Of a stretch of 64,000 nt of DNA, positions 38,741-48,541 are shown piece by piece; position 1 is the first letter of the stretch, and each line of letters opens with the position of its first letter. The DNA is from Singulisphaera sp. GP187. GTDB lineage: Bacteria; Planctomycetota; GCA-002687715. The notes beneath the pieces are model-generated. The model did not search any database. It was not told where the DNA came from and worked only from the letters and a program-made list of their open reading frames with translations. The DNA is taken from positions 856 through 64,855 of the forward strand of contig CAMDTN010000007.1 in assembly GCA_945907755.1 (NCBI GenBank). The letters are read 5' to 3'. A program made the translations under genes and the position numbers.

Positions 38741-39181
38741 TCACTCAGTGGCTTCGAGGGCCTGGCGCAGCAAGCGTTCGACTTGAAGTAATGCGGCGCG
38801 ATAGCGCGCGCGGTCGGCTTCCACTTCTTTGAAGCGTTCGAGGAACACGCTGAGTTGCGCGGCAGAGGTTTCCGAGAGCGAAGCGCGGGCGCTGCGAAGG
38901 GTGCGCTGGTGCAGCCCTTCGCCGCCGCCGCCGCCGTCGAGATGTTGCGTCGAAGGCTGTTGCTGCGCGGCCGCTTCGTCGCGCAGGCGCTTGCGGCGCA
39001 CGCGGCCGTCATCGGTGATCATGCCCAGCAGCGCCTTGGCGCGGCCATACATGATGGGATAGATGGAGAATCCAGCAGTTTCAGCCGCAGCGCGCAGCTC
39101 GCCGTAGGGGCGGTCGCCGTTAGCCTTCAGGTAATCGAGGATGAAGGCCATCGCCGGAGAGTTGCTCGACTTGATGTCCAT
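38741..39181 (-). CDS. Hypothetical protein (small N-terminal folded domain, Gly/Gln-rich linker, C-terminal coiled coil)
   Basis: Only minus-strand ORF of reasonable composition in the gap between the GH36-like gene and ferredoxin. No recognizable motif. Confidence 0.4.
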   Translation of the reverse strand: MDIKSSNSPAMAFILDYLKANGDRPYGELRAAAETAGFSIYPIMYGRAKALLGMITDDGRVRRKRLRDEAAAQQQPSTQHLDGGGGGEGLHQRTLRSARASLSETSAAQLSVFLERFKEVEADRARYRAALLQVERLLRQALEATE

Positions 39182-39279
39182 GCTGGTGTGCTTTCTTATG
39201 CGGCTCGTGCTTTGCAGTTTGCCGACAAGCTCCGTCGGCGCTTAGAGGGTATCAGAGGCGGGGTGAGTTCAAGCAGCAC

Positions 39280-39624
39280 TCAGAGCCCCCACTTGGCACG
39301 GTTTGCGGCAACTTGCGCGGGAGTGGGCTTTGGGGTGTCAGGGTTTTCGACCGCAAGCTCGAACTCAGAGCGCCTAGAATCGGCCAGAGCGTTGAGGGCG
39401 ATGTCGTCCGTGCAAACGGCGGGCACGGAATCGTCTTGGAAGATTGCTTCCCAAGGGCAGGCTGGCTCGCAGGCGCCGCAGTCGATGCACTCGGAGGGCG
39501 CGATGTAAAGCTGGTTGGTGTGCTGGGTCGTGTCCGTAGGCACGAAGAAGCAGTCCACCGGACACTCTGCTACGCACGCTGTGTCCACATTGTCGCGACA
39601 GAGACGAGTAACAACCCAAGTCAT
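39280..39624 (-). CDS. 7Fe-type ferredoxin ([3Fe-4S][4Fe-4S], FdxA-like)
   Basis: AGGAG Shine-Dalgarno before ATG 39624. Cys patterns CRDNVDTACVAECPVDC and CIDCGACEPACP typical of Azotobacter/Thermus-type ferredoxins. Confidence 0.85.
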   Translation of the reverse strand: MTWVVTRLCRDNVDTACVAECPVDCFFVPTDTTQHTNQLYIAPSECIDCGACEPACPWEAIFQDDSVPAVCTDDIALNALADSRRSEFELAVENPDTPKPTPAQVAANRAKWGL

Positions 39625-39703
39625 GGCAGTGCTCCTATCTTGCTGTGATTTCAATTCCAGAACCGCTCATAGATTGGCCCCTTTGCGCCCGCTTTGCAAG
39701 TGG

Positions 39704-42700
39704 TCACGATGCCGAGAAAAGCCAGCGTAGGTCGTCGGCTTCCATGCCGGGGGTGGCGCCGGCATCTGGTCCGAGCAGTGCTTCGGCCAAGGCGCGTTTG
39801 CGCTCTTGCAGTTCGAGGATGCGCTCTTCGATGCTGCCGCGCGTAACCATGCGGTACGCGAACACTGGCTTTTCCTGGCCGATGCGATGGGCGCGGCCAA
39901 TGGCTTGCGCCTCCACTGCCGGGTTCCACCACGGGTCCATTAGGAATACATAATCTGCAGAGGTCAGATTCAGGCCCGTGCCGCCAACCTTCAGGCTGGT
40001 GAGGAGCACTGCCGCGCCGCCCTCCTGCTCGAAAGCGCGCACTACGCCTTCGCGATCTTTGGTGGTGCCGTCCAGCCGCGCGTGCGCCACACCGTCACGC
40101 TGCAAGCGCACGCTGATGATGTCCAGGAACGAAACGAATTGTGAGAACACCAGCGCGCGGTGCCCGGCGGCCAAGACATCGGCAAGCTCTTCGACCAGCG
40201 CTTCTACTTTGCCGCTGGGTTCGTCGCGCAGCGCTGGATCGACCAACCCTGGGTGGCATGCTGCTTGGCGCAAGCGCAGCAGCGCTTCCAGCACGGTGAA
40301 GTTGTCGACGCGGCTGCCGCTTTCCAGCGGGCCCAGCACATCACGGCGCGCGGCGGCAAGCAGTGTTTGGCTCAGCTTTTCCTGCGCTGGTTCGGGCTCG
40401 GCGTGAATCACTTGTTGCGTCAGCGGTGGCAGGTCCGGTAGCACCGCTTCCTTGGTGCGCCGCAGCACGAATGGGCGCACTGCGCGTGCGAGCGATGCTG
40501 TGAAGTTGGCGCTGACGCCGCCGTTCATTGCGGCCATGAAGCGGCGCTCCTCGCCGAGGATGCCGGGGTTCACGGCGTCCAAGATGGCCCACAAATCGCG
40601 CGCACTATTTTCTACGGGCGTGCCAGTGAGTGCCAATTTCAGCGGCGCTTGCACTGCGCGCACTGCTTGGGCGCTGCGGGTTGCTGGGTTGCGCACCATT
40701 TGCGCTTCATCCAGAACCAACAGACTCAATTGGTGCCCTTCCAGTTCGACAACGTCGCGTTGCAGCGTGCCGTACGTTGTCAGAACCACATCGGCATCAC
40801 CGAGAGATTCGAATTCGCGAGCAGCGCCATGGTGGCGCAGAACTTTTAGCGTCGGTGCGAAACGCGCGAGTTCGGATTCCCAATTCCATAGCAGCGATGA
40901 CGGCGCGACCACCAGTGCAGGGTGCCAAGGTTCTCCCGCGTTGCGGGCCTGCGCGCGCAGCCCCAACAGCAACGCCAACACCTGCACAGTTTTCCCAAGG
41001 CCCATGTCGTCGGCGAGAACACCGCCAACACCTTCGCGCGCCAGCGAATGCAGCCACGACAAACCGTCGCATTGGTAAGGGCGCAGCGTGGCTTGCAAGT
41101 CTGTTGGTGGTGCGATGGCCTCCGGCGCGGCCAGACGAGCGAGGCTGCCCTTCAACGAGAGCGCGCCGCTGGCATCAGATTCCAACAACGGTTCCAACAG
41201 CAGCGCTTGCGCACGACTGACTTTGGTTGGGTCGCTGACCAACGCTGCAATGCCGCCCAGGCGTTCGGCGAGGTCGCCGTCAACCAGCAGCAAGCCTTCA
41301 GCGTCGAGATCGAGAAAGCGGCGTTCGTTGGCTGCCTTCAACGCGCCCAGCAACGAAATGATTTCGCCGTCATCGCAGCGCACTTCGCCGCCAAGGCAGA
41401 GGCGTCCATTGTTGGTGGACAGCGACAATTGCGAGTGCACCACGCGTCGCACAGGGCGGCCGTCTAAGCGCAAACGCCACCCGCGTTGCAGCAACATGCG
41501 TGCGGTGGTGTCGAACGCGCCGGCGCCGGCATCGAAGCGCCCGACGATGCCGGGCTCGACTGCGAGGCCAGGGATTCCCTCGGCCTCCTGCAAGAATCGC
41601 TGTTCCGCTTCGGCATCGCGCAAGTACTGCGCTGGGGCGGTGCTGTCGGTGACGATCCGTGCGGCGCTCTCTGGTTGAACTTCGGTGCCACCGTAGAGAA
41701 AACTGACGCGGCCTTCGAAAGTGCGCGGGTGGTGTTGCAGGGTCATGCGCGGCACCGGAGTGCAGAGCGTCAATGGCAGCGGGGCTGTGGCGCCGGGAGG
41801 TTGCAGGCGGGGGAGAGGGCCGCTCCGCGCGAGCTTGTCGACGAGGCTGGCCCAGTCCGCAGCGGGCAACTGCACACTGCGCCCGCGCAGCATCAAGCCT
41901 GGCCATTTGTCTGCGCCGTGTTGATTCACGCGATGCACGCATCCATTCCTAATGGCGAGGCAGTCGCGGCCTTCGACGATGGCGTCGGCATCTTGCAGCG
42001 CGAAGCTGCGTCCGCCTTCGTCGACAAGGCGCCCTTGCAGCGTCACTTCGCCGCCGCGCTCTGCTGGCATGAAGGCGAGGACCAAATCCAAATCTGCGCC
42101 GCGCTTACTTTGCAGGGGCATGGCGCCGCAGCGCGCGAGCCCAGTACTCACGATGCGCATGAGCAACGGCGCTGCATCTGGCCCGCGCAAAGCCCACGGC
42201 CCCTGCGGCTGCGTCAGCCCACCAAAACCATCGCGCCCTCCAGCGATGGCACCGATTCCCAAGACGGTGGTGCGCAATCCCTTGTCTGCGATGCGGTCGA
42301 TGGTCTCGCCATCCAGCATTAGTGCGCGACCGTTCGCGTCCCTCGCCCCAAGCTGCCCTTGCTCCCCATCCGCCATGACGCTGAGGTATGCGGTGCCAGC
42401 CTCCGCCACGCCGCTGCGGCTGTTGCCGCTGCCGAGGTGCTCGCGCCCCGCCGCCCGCTCACCTCCGCTCGTCCCTCCAACAGCATTAGTGCCCGCGCTC
42501 ACAAAAAACCAAGGATACAGCGGTAATGCGGCAGGTTGCAGCGCGGCATCGCGCTCTGCGGCGAGCTTCTCGAGAGCCAGCAGCAGGGCCCAGAGATGGG
42601 CGCAGCCGGTGCCGGTGTTTGCGAAGTGTGCGCAGGTGCAGTCGTGCACCACTCCAGAGGGTGCGCGTGCGACCATCACGTCGTGATGGCGCCTGAAGAA

Positions 42701-42847
42701 ATCCACTTTGGCGCGCCCCGCATCAGGGGTGCTGCCCTGGACCAAATGCACTTTCCCCTCACGCCATAGGGCATCACCAGCTTCTCGCTGTGCCGCCTGA
42801 ATGGTGCAAGGTAGCTCCGCTGCCGCAATCGCTTTCACGCGCGCCAT
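39704..42847 (-). CDS. SNF2-family helicase/ATPase with N-terminal SWIM zinc finger
   Basis: SWIM finger CTCAHFANTGTGCAHLWALL. SNF2_N motifs LRPYQCDGLSWL…ADDMGLGKTVQ, DEAQMVRNP, and helicase-C motifs (…LLTSLKVGGTGLNLTSADYVFLMDPWWNPAVEAQAIGRAHRIGQ). Confidence 0.85.
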   Translation of the reverse strand: MARVKAIAAAELPCTIQAAQREAGDALWREGKVHLVQGSTPDAGRAKVDFFRRHHDVMVARAPSGVVHDCTCAHFANTGTGCAHLWALLLALEKLAAERDAALQPAALPLYPWFFVSAGTNAVGGTSGGERAAGREHLGSGNSRSGVAEAGTAYLSVMADGEQGQLGARDANGRALMLDGETIDRIADKGLRTTVLGIGAIAGGRDGFGGLTQPQGPWALRGPDAAPLLMRIVSTGLARCGAMPLQSKRGADLDLVLAFMPAERGGEVTLQGRLVDEGGRSFALQDADAIVEGRDCLAIRNGCVHRVNQHGADKWPGLMLRGRSVQLPAADWASLVDKLARSGPLPRLQPPGATAPLPLTLCTPVPRMTLQHHPRTFEGRVSFLYGGTEVQPESAARIVTDSTAPAQYLRDAEAEQRFLQEAEGIPGLAVEPGIVGRFDAGAGAFDTTARMLLQRGWRLRLDGRPVRRVVHSQLSLSTNNGRLCLGGEVRCDDGEIISLLGALKAANERRFLDLDAEGLLLVDGDLAERLGGIAALVSDPTKVSRAQALLLEPLLESDASGALSLKGSLARLAAPEAIAPPTDLQATLRPYQCDGLSWLHSLAREGVGGVLADDMGLGKTVQVLALLLGLRAQARNAGEPWHPALVVAPSSLLWNWESELARFAPTLKVLRHHGAAREFESLGDADVVLTTYGTLQRDVVELEGHQLSLLVLDEAQMVRNPATRSAQAVRAVQAPLKLALTGTPVENSARDLWAILDAVNPGILGEERRFMAAMNGGVSANFTASLARAVRPFVLRRTKEAVLPDLPPLTQQVIHAEPEPAQEKLSQTLLAAARRDVLGPLESGSRVDNFTVLEALLRLRQAACHPGLVDPALRDEPSGKVEALVEELADVLAAGHRALVFSQFVSFLDIISVRLQRDGVAHARLDGTTKDREGVVRAFEQEGGAAVLLTSLKVGGTGLNLTSADYVFLMDPWWNPAVEAQAIGRAHRIGQEKPVFAYRMVTRGSIEERILELQERKRALAEALLGPDAGATPGMEADDLRWLFSAS

Positions 42848-42905
42848 GATGCCCGCCTTCCGCCGCCTCACCACCCGCCCCGCGCCCCCTCCGCGCCTTC
42901 TTGGC

Positions 42906-42926
42906 CCATTAGTGCGCAACCGATCC
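42906..42926 (+). repeat. REP-like element (ccATTAGTGCGCAACCGATCC); a second direct copy lies at 43050–43070 and inverted partial copies near 43740–43756 and 45183–45215
   Basis: Recurrent 17–21-nt motif TAGTGCGCAACCGATCC and its inverse GCGCACTAAT flanking the RAYT gene and the UDP-glucose dehydrogenase 5' region. Confidence 0.55.
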
Positions 42927-43028
42927 GTCCCGCGCCCTCGCAGCTCCCGTGCGCACTTCCTAAGCCCCTAGCGACGCTTGCGCTGCAAATCACCTCTGGG
43001 TGGTTGACCCGAAACCCTGGAGTCACGC

Positions 43029-43721
43029 ATGCCCCCCCTCTCGCAAGCCCCACTAGTGCGCAACCGATCCCGCCGCGGCGGCCCTCGCCCCGGCTCCGGC
43101 CCCAAACCGAAGGGCGCCAAGGCCGGTGTGAGCCACCGCACCCGCGCTGCCACCGCCGCGAGCTACCCGGCCCATGTCACCGTGAAACTGCAGCGCTTGT
43201 TGCCGCTACTGCGTCGCCCGCGCGAATACGCGACGCTGCGCAAGTGCTTCGCCAAAGGCTGCGACCGCATGGGTTTCCGCTTGATCCACTACGCGGTGCT
43301 CAACGAACACATGCACTTCTTGGTTGAGGCGCGAGACCGCACCGCGCTCACCCGAGGCGTGCAAGGATTGCTGATCCGCATTGCTAAGGCGCTGAACAAA
43401 CTGTGGTGCCGCAAAGGCAAGGTGTTTTTCGACCGCTATCACGACCGCATCCTCAAATCGACGAGGGATGTGCGCAACGTGCTGCGCTATGTGCTGCAAA
43501 ACGGGAAGAAGCACGCGGCGCAAGGGCGCAAGGTGAAGGTGCCAGGGCCCATCGATATGTACACCTCAGCGCCGTGGTTTGACGGGTTTGTGGAAGTGAT
43601 TCGGGTGGCGGGCTTGGAAGCGTTGGTGCGCCCTGTCACCGACGCGCGCACTTGGATGCTGACGGAGGGGTGGCGCCGGCACGGGCTGATCGGAGTCCAC
43701 GAACTGCCGAGAACAGGGTGA
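43029..43721 (+). CDS. IS200/IS605-like Y1 (HUH) transposase of the REP-associated tyrosine transposase (RAYT/TnpA-REP) type
   Basis: HUH motif (NEHMHFLVE). Conserved segments YPAHVTV…, LIHYAVLNEHMHFLVEA, and C-terminal catalytic-Tyr region DRYHDRIL…LRYVLQNG. Flanked by REP-like repeats. The true start may be an internal GTG near 43128. Confidence 0.75.
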   Translation: MPPLSQAPLVRNRSRRGGPRPGSGPKPKGAKAGVSHRTRAATAASYPAHVTVKLQRLLPLLRRPREYATLRKCFAKGCDRMGFRLIHYAVLNEHMHFLVEARDRTALTRGVQGLLIRIAKALNKLWCRKGKVFFDRYHDRILKSTRDVRNVLRYVLQNGKKHAAQGRKVKVPGPIDMYTSAPWFDGFVEVIRVAGLEALVRPVTDARTWMLTEGWRRHGLIGVHELPRTG

Positions 43722-43794
43722 AGGAAAACGGCAATTTCGATTGCGCACTAATCGTGGTTTTGGGGAGGGGAGGGGCGGGAGGGCGCAGGTGAAC

Positions 43795-45099
43795 TTAGAG
43801 GCCGATGCCTTCGTAGGTGAAGCCGAGCGCTTCGACGGCGGTGCGGGTCCAGATGTTGCGGCCGTCGATCAGGTTGGCCGTGCGCATCAGCTCTTTGATG
43901 CGGCGGAAATCCGGACGGCGGTATTCGTTCCACTCGGTGACAAGCACCAACGCATCGGCGCCATGGGCCGCGTCATAGTTGCGCTCGTGGAAGCTGAGCC
44001 TTGGGTGCGGTCCCAGTATCTTGCGCGCGTTGCCCATGCCTTCTGGGTCGGTAGCGCGCACGCTGGCGCCGGCGGCCAAGAGATCTTGAATGAGCACTAA
44101 ACTCGGCGCCTCGCGCATGTCGTCGGTGTTGGGTTTGAAGGAGAGGCCCCAAACCGCCACCACACGGCCGTTCAAGTCGGCACCAAGCCGCTGGCTCACT
44201 TTCTCTGCCAGCCGGTGCTTTTGGTGCGTGTTCACATCTTCCACCGCCCGCAATACGGAAGGTTCATAGCCCGCCTCACGCCCGGTGTTCATTAGCGCCT
44301 GAAGATCCTTGGGGAAACAGCTGCCTCCGTATCCCGGCCCTGGGAACAAGAATGGGAATCCGATGCGTGCGTCCGAGCCCATGCCTTTGCGCACATGCTC
44401 GATGTTTGCGCCCAGCAGTTCGCACAAGCGCGCCATTTCATTCATGAACGAAATGCGCGTGGCCAACATGGCATTCGCGGCGTACTTCGTGAGTTCTGCA
44501 CTGCGCACATCCATGTGCAAAATGGGCTTGTTGGTGCGCACGAACGGTGCGTACAGGTCGGTCATCACGGCGCGTGCACGCTCGGAAGCGGCACCGATCA
44601 CTACGCGATCAGGCTTCATGAAATCGTCGATGGCCGCGCCCTCTTTGAGGAACTCTGGGTTGCTGACGACATCGAATTCGCATGTGGTGTGCCGCGCGAT
44701 TTCCGCGTGCACGAGATCTGCCGTGCCCACGGGCACAGTGCTCTTGTCCACGATGACCTTGTAGCCGTTCAGGTTCTGGCCGATGGTGCGAGCTACTTCG
44801 AGCACATAACGCAGGTCCGCTTTTCCAGAATCGCTCATGGGCGTTCCCACGGCGATGAAAATCACATCAGCGCCGCGCACTGCTGCCGCCCCGTCCATGC
44901 CAAATGTCAGGCGCTCTTCTTCGCGATTGCGCTTCACGAGCTCTTCCAAGCCGGGTTCATAGATGGGCACTTCGCCAGCATTCAGGCGCTGGACGCGCAC
45001 GGCGTCGACATCAACGACAGACACGTCGTTGCCCGTTTCAGCGAAGCAGGTGCCTGCCACGAGCCCTACATAACCAGCACCGAAAACAGCGATCCGCAT
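43795..45099 (-). CDS. ugd: UDP-glucose 6-dehydrogenase
   Basis: MRIAVFGAGYVGLV Rossmann start after AAGGAA. Catalytic Cys motif GGSCFPKD. Central helix and C-terminal UDP-binding domain. Confidence 0.9.
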   Translation of the reverse strand: MRIAVFGAGYVGLVAGTCFAETGNDVSVVDVDAVRVQRLNAGEVPIYEPGLEELVKRNREEERLTFGMDGAAAVRGADVIFIAVGTPMSDSGKADLRYVLEVARTIGQNLNGYKVIVDKSTVPVGTADLVHAEIARHTTCEFDVVSNPEFLKEGAAIDDFMKPDRVVIGAASERARAVMTDLYAPFVRTNKPILHMDVRSAELTKYAANAMLATRISFMNEMARLCELLGANIEHVRKGMGSDARIGFPFLFPGPGYGGSCFPKDLQALMNTGREAGYEPSVLRAVEDVNTHQKHRLAEKVSQRLGADLNGRVVAVWGLSFKPNTDDMREAPSLVLIQDLLAAGASVRATDPEGMGNARKILGPHPRLSFHERNYDAAHGADALVLVTEWNEYRRPDFRRIKELMRTANLIDGRNIWTRTAVEALGFTYEGIGL

Positions 45100-45280
45100 G
45101 GGAACAGTTCCTTTCGCCCAAAGCCGCCTCACCGCGCGGCTTACGCCCAACCAAGAGAGCGGGGTAGGAGGAGCTTATCGGCTGGTCGCGCACTAATCCC
45201 ATTGCGGCGGGCGGATCTTGTGGCGGGCGACTTAACGGACGGCAAGGTCTGCTTGGTAGTTGGCTTGGCAGTCTCGGCTT

Positions 45281-46414
45281 ATGAAGCCTTTTGCACTGTC
45301 GGCGATGCTCGTCTTGGCTGCTGCGCTGTTGCCAGCTCAGTGGTCTGCCAACCCCGCTACCAACCTTGCGGTCGCCAACCGCACTGGCGATCAGGCAGTG
45401 CCCAAGCTGGCGGCCACCCTCGATGGTGGCGCTTATGTGGCTTGGTTCGATCACGCAGGCGCGAACTACGATGTGACATTGCAGCGCTTGGATGCCAATG
45501 GCCTACGAGGTGTGGCCTCACAACGGCTTGCTCATCAGCGGCACTGCCCAAGCGACTTCGCTGATGGATTGGGATTTGATCACTGACAGCGCTGGCAACG
45601 CGGTGTTGTGCTTCACCGACATACGCGCTGGCGGCGACTACGACATTTACGCCTACAGGATCAGTCCGGCGGGCGCGTTTTTGTGGGGCACTAATGGAGT
45701 AGCGCTGTCGAATGACGGCAATTTCGAGGCGAACTCCGTGGTGGCCGAGATGACCGACGGCACCTTCGCTTTTGCGTGGATGCGTAGCGTCACCGGTGCG
45801 GCCGGGCGTCTTGTCGTGCAGAAACTGGACACTCTCGGAACGCCGCTCTGGGGCACCTCGGCCCTCGCCGTCTACGACGCTGCCTCATTGCCCATCGCGC
45901 ACAAAGCGCAACTGCTCGCTGACGGTGCTGGCGGTGCGTTCAACGCATGGCATGTCAGCGTTGGCAGCTTCTTCCAAGGCCGCGTGCAGCATGTGAATTC
46001 AGCGGGCGTTGAGGTGCTTGCGCACGGCGGCATCGAAGTCTCGCTGGAAGCAAACCGCTCCGATCTCGACCCGTGCATGGTGTCACTCGCGGGCAGCGCG
46101 GTGGTGGCCACCGACGGCACCGCGATCCTTGCGTGGAACGATGCGCGCACCGACATCAACGATGTGTACACGCAGAATGTCGAGCCTGACGGCAGCATGG
46201 GCGTGCCACGGGCTCCGGCATGAGCCTTGGTTCGCTGCCGCTGTTGCCTGCGCCGCCGTGGATTGGGCCGGGTGCGCCAGCAGGGTTCGTGTTGTTGGTG
46301 CCCAACCAGCCTGCGTTGGTCAGCGCGAATCTGTTCTTGCAGGGCGCGCTGGTGGATGCAGTCACGGGCCGCATCGGGCTGACGAATGCACTGCATATTC
46401 GCATCGGGCCCTGA
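45281..46414 (+). pseudogene. Secreted repeat/beta-propeller protein with conserved C-terminal extension, disrupted by two compensating frameshifts (near 45502 and 46190–46223)
   Basis: Signal peptide MKPFALSAMLVLAAALLPAQ in frame 2 (to 45586). Repeat-bearing middle in frame 0 (45492–46223). C-terminal conserved extension in frame 2 (46190–46414). Repeat pattern G.Y.V.W…R…G.YD…QR…G continues across the junction. Confidence 0.55.
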
Positions 46415-46458
46415 GTGCGGCTTGATGCAAAGGCCGTGCGCGGTCACTCTATGAGCCG

Positions 46459-46531
46459 GGGCGCTTAGCTCAGCGGTTAGAGCTCCTCGCTTACACCGAG
46501 GAGGTCGGGGGTTCGAATCCCTCAGCGCCCA
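46459..46531 (+). tRNA. tRNA-Val (anticodon TAC)
   Basis: GGGCGCTTAGCTCAGCGGTTAGAGCTCCTCGCTTACACCGAGGAGGTCGGGGGTTCGAATCCCTCAGCGCCCA. 7-bp acceptor stem; anticodon loop CTTACAC; T-loop GGTTCGAATCC. CCA not encoded. Confidence 0.9.
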
Positions 46532-46558
46532 TTATTCGTAGCCCAGCTTGAATGAGCA

Positions 46559-48541
46559 CTAGTCCTTCGCGGCGCCTGCCTTCGCGTTCTTATTCGGCGC
46601 CGGCGGTTTGAGGCCCGGCTGCCCCGGCTTGCTGATGTTGTTCTCGCGGTTCATGTCGGGCCAGCAGTGGGCTGGGTCCAACTCGACGGACTCCACTGCA
46701 GCCTCCGGCACGCCCAAGTCCAGCGACACTCTGCGCCCCCAAGCGAAAGCCTCGGCTGGAATGCACCCAGCGCGAGTTGAACCGTCTTTCAGTTTCGCGA
46801 GCCACGGCACAGGACTGACGAAGCGCCCTTGCAACACCACTTGCAGGCGCGCTGCTTTTTCACCGCCCAATCCGCCAGCCGCCATGTCAGGTTTTCCGGC
46901 GCCGTAGATCCAACTGTTCCAGAACCAGCCGAGGTCTTTGCCCGCTGCGTTCTCCATGGTGCGCATGAAATCTGCCGGCGTCGGCGACTTGAAAGCCCAG
47001 CGCGCGACATACTCGCGGAACGCCGCATCGAAACGCTCTGCGCCCAACACTTGTTCACGCAGCATGCGCATCATCCAAGCGGGCTTGTCGTAACCAAGAA
47101 AACCCATCGAGCCCGGCGGCATGCGATCTGGCGCCGTGCTCATGGGGGCACCAATACGCTGCCAGCTCTTGCTCCAATCATCCAAGTCAAACCACGCGCC
47201 CGGCGCGTTGAAGCGTTCCACGATCGCGTAGTAATCAACGAAAGTGTTGAAGCCCTCATCCATCCACGCGTGGCGGCGCTCGTCGGTGTTCACCACCATG
47301 GGAAACCAGTTGTGCCCGATCTCGTGCGCAATCAACGCGAACAGCCCGTAGCTGTCGTTGCAACGCCCGTTGAAAATAATCATCGGATATTCCATGCCGC
47401 CGCCGCCGTCGCCGTAGGCATTCACATTGGATGCTTGCGGGTAGGGGTAAGCGAACCACTTGCCGCTGAAATGCTCGATGGATTGGCGCAGGTCCTGCGT
47501 GCCTTCATTCCACAGTGGCAACGCGGAGCGTGGGTAATACGACTGACACAACACGCCGGCGGCTGTGGAACATGCATCCCAAACCAACGCTGCGGACGAG
47601 CACCACGCAAAGGTGCGCACGCGCTGCGCACGGAACTCCCATGTGAGCGGGCCATCGCCTTCGGGCCTGCCCGCGCCGCGAGTGACATCGTCGGCGGAGC
47701 GCACCATCACGGTGTCGCGAGTTTTCATGGCGGCATCGAGCTGTTCCCGTTGGTGCCCAGTCAACACTTGGCGCGGGTTGCGCAGCGTGCCGCTGGCTGC
47801 AACCACATGGTTGCGTGGCACCGTCAAGGCCACATCAAAATCGCCATACTCGGTGTAGAACTCGCCGGGTCCGATGTAGGGCAGCGTGTTCCAACCGTGC
47901 ACATCATCGAACTTGGCCACCGCTGGAAACCACTGAGCCAGCGCGAACATCGGCCCGTCAAGCGTGTTGGTACGGCCCATGCGCAGCGAGTTGTCCTTCG
48001 GCACTTCGAAGCTCCACGCGAGCTCAAGTCGGACCGTGCCGCCATCCGCCGCCACAGGCGCAGGCAGCTCCACGCGCATCAGCGTGTCGTAGCCCGCCCA
48101 CTTCAGGTCGCGCCCGCGGCAACGCACGCTTTGCATGCGAACACCGTCAGTTGTGGCATCGATGCGATCGGCGGAAGCACCACCCGCAGCAGCCACAGCG
48201 CGCGCAAGACTGTCCGCGCGAAAAACATTTTGCTCGACATGGAACCACAGGTACGGCAAGGCCTCGGGGGAATTGTTGGTGTATTCAAGCGTGAGCGTCG
48301 CGCTCACTTCACCCGCTTCGGCATCCAGCGTGGCGCTGATCTCGCAGTCGGCTTGCTGTTGCCAATAATCTGGCCCCGGTGCCCCAGTCATGGTGCGTAA
48401 GCGGTCGGGCGTGCGCATGGGCGGCGCTGCGAAAAGTGCGGTCCATTCCGCCTCCGTTTGGGGCACTTCCGTTTTTGCCCGCTGGGCGAAAGCGACTTGC
48501 GGCAACACCACCACCAACGACAGCAAGAAGAACCAGCGCAT
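46559..48541 (-). CDS. Secreted M1-family zinc aminopeptidase (aminopeptidase N-like)
   Basis: GGAGG Shine-Dalgarno before ATG 48541. Signal peptide MRWFFLLSLVVVLPQVAFAQ. HEIGHNWF…(18)…E zinc motif and GAMEN-like region. Confidence 0.9.
   Translation of the reverse strand: MRWFFLLSLVVVLPQVAFAQRAKTEVPQTEAEWTALFAAPPMRTPDRLRTMTGAPGPDYWQQQADCEISATLDAEAGEVSATLTLEYTNNSPEALPYLWFHVEQNVFRADSLARAVAAAGGASADRIDATTDGVRMQSVRCRGRDLKWAGYDTLMRVELPAPVAADGGTVRLELAWSFEVPKDNSLRMGRTNTLDGPMFALAQWFPAVAKFDDVHGWNTLPYIGPGEFYTEYGDFDVALTVPRNHVVAASGTLRNPRQVLTGHQREQLDAAMKTRDTVMVRSADDVTRGAGRPEGDGPLTWEFRAQRVRTFAWCSSAALVWDACSTAAGVLCQSYYPRSALPLWNEGTQDLRQSIEHFSGKWFAYPYPQASNVNAYGDGGGGMEYPMIIFNGRCNDSYGLFALIAHEIGHNWFPMVVNTDERRHAWMDEGFNTFVDYYAIVERFNAPGAWFDLDDWSKSWQRIGAPMSTAPDRMPPGSMGFLGYDKPAWMMRMLREQVLGAERFDAAFREYVARWAFKSPTPADFMRTMENAAGKDLGWFWNSWIYGAGKPDMAAGGLGGEKAARLQVVLQGRFVSPVPWLAKLKDGSTRAGCIPAEAFAWGRRVSLDLGVPEAAVESVELDPAHCWPDMNRENNISKPGQPGLKPPAPNKNAKAGAAKD

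Noticed and set aside
39978-42686. Several 140–280-aa plus-strand ORFs
   Set aside because: All are antisense to the SNF2–SWIM helicase gene. Ser/Arg/Ala-rich.
44395-45564. 389-aa plus-strand ORF
   Set aside because: Antisense to UDP-glucose dehydrogenase. No motifs.
46829-48400. 523-aa plus-strand ORF
   Set aside because: Antisense to the M1 aminopeptidase gene, which has the HEIGH zinc motif, a signal peptide and an RBS. Arg-rich with low complexity.
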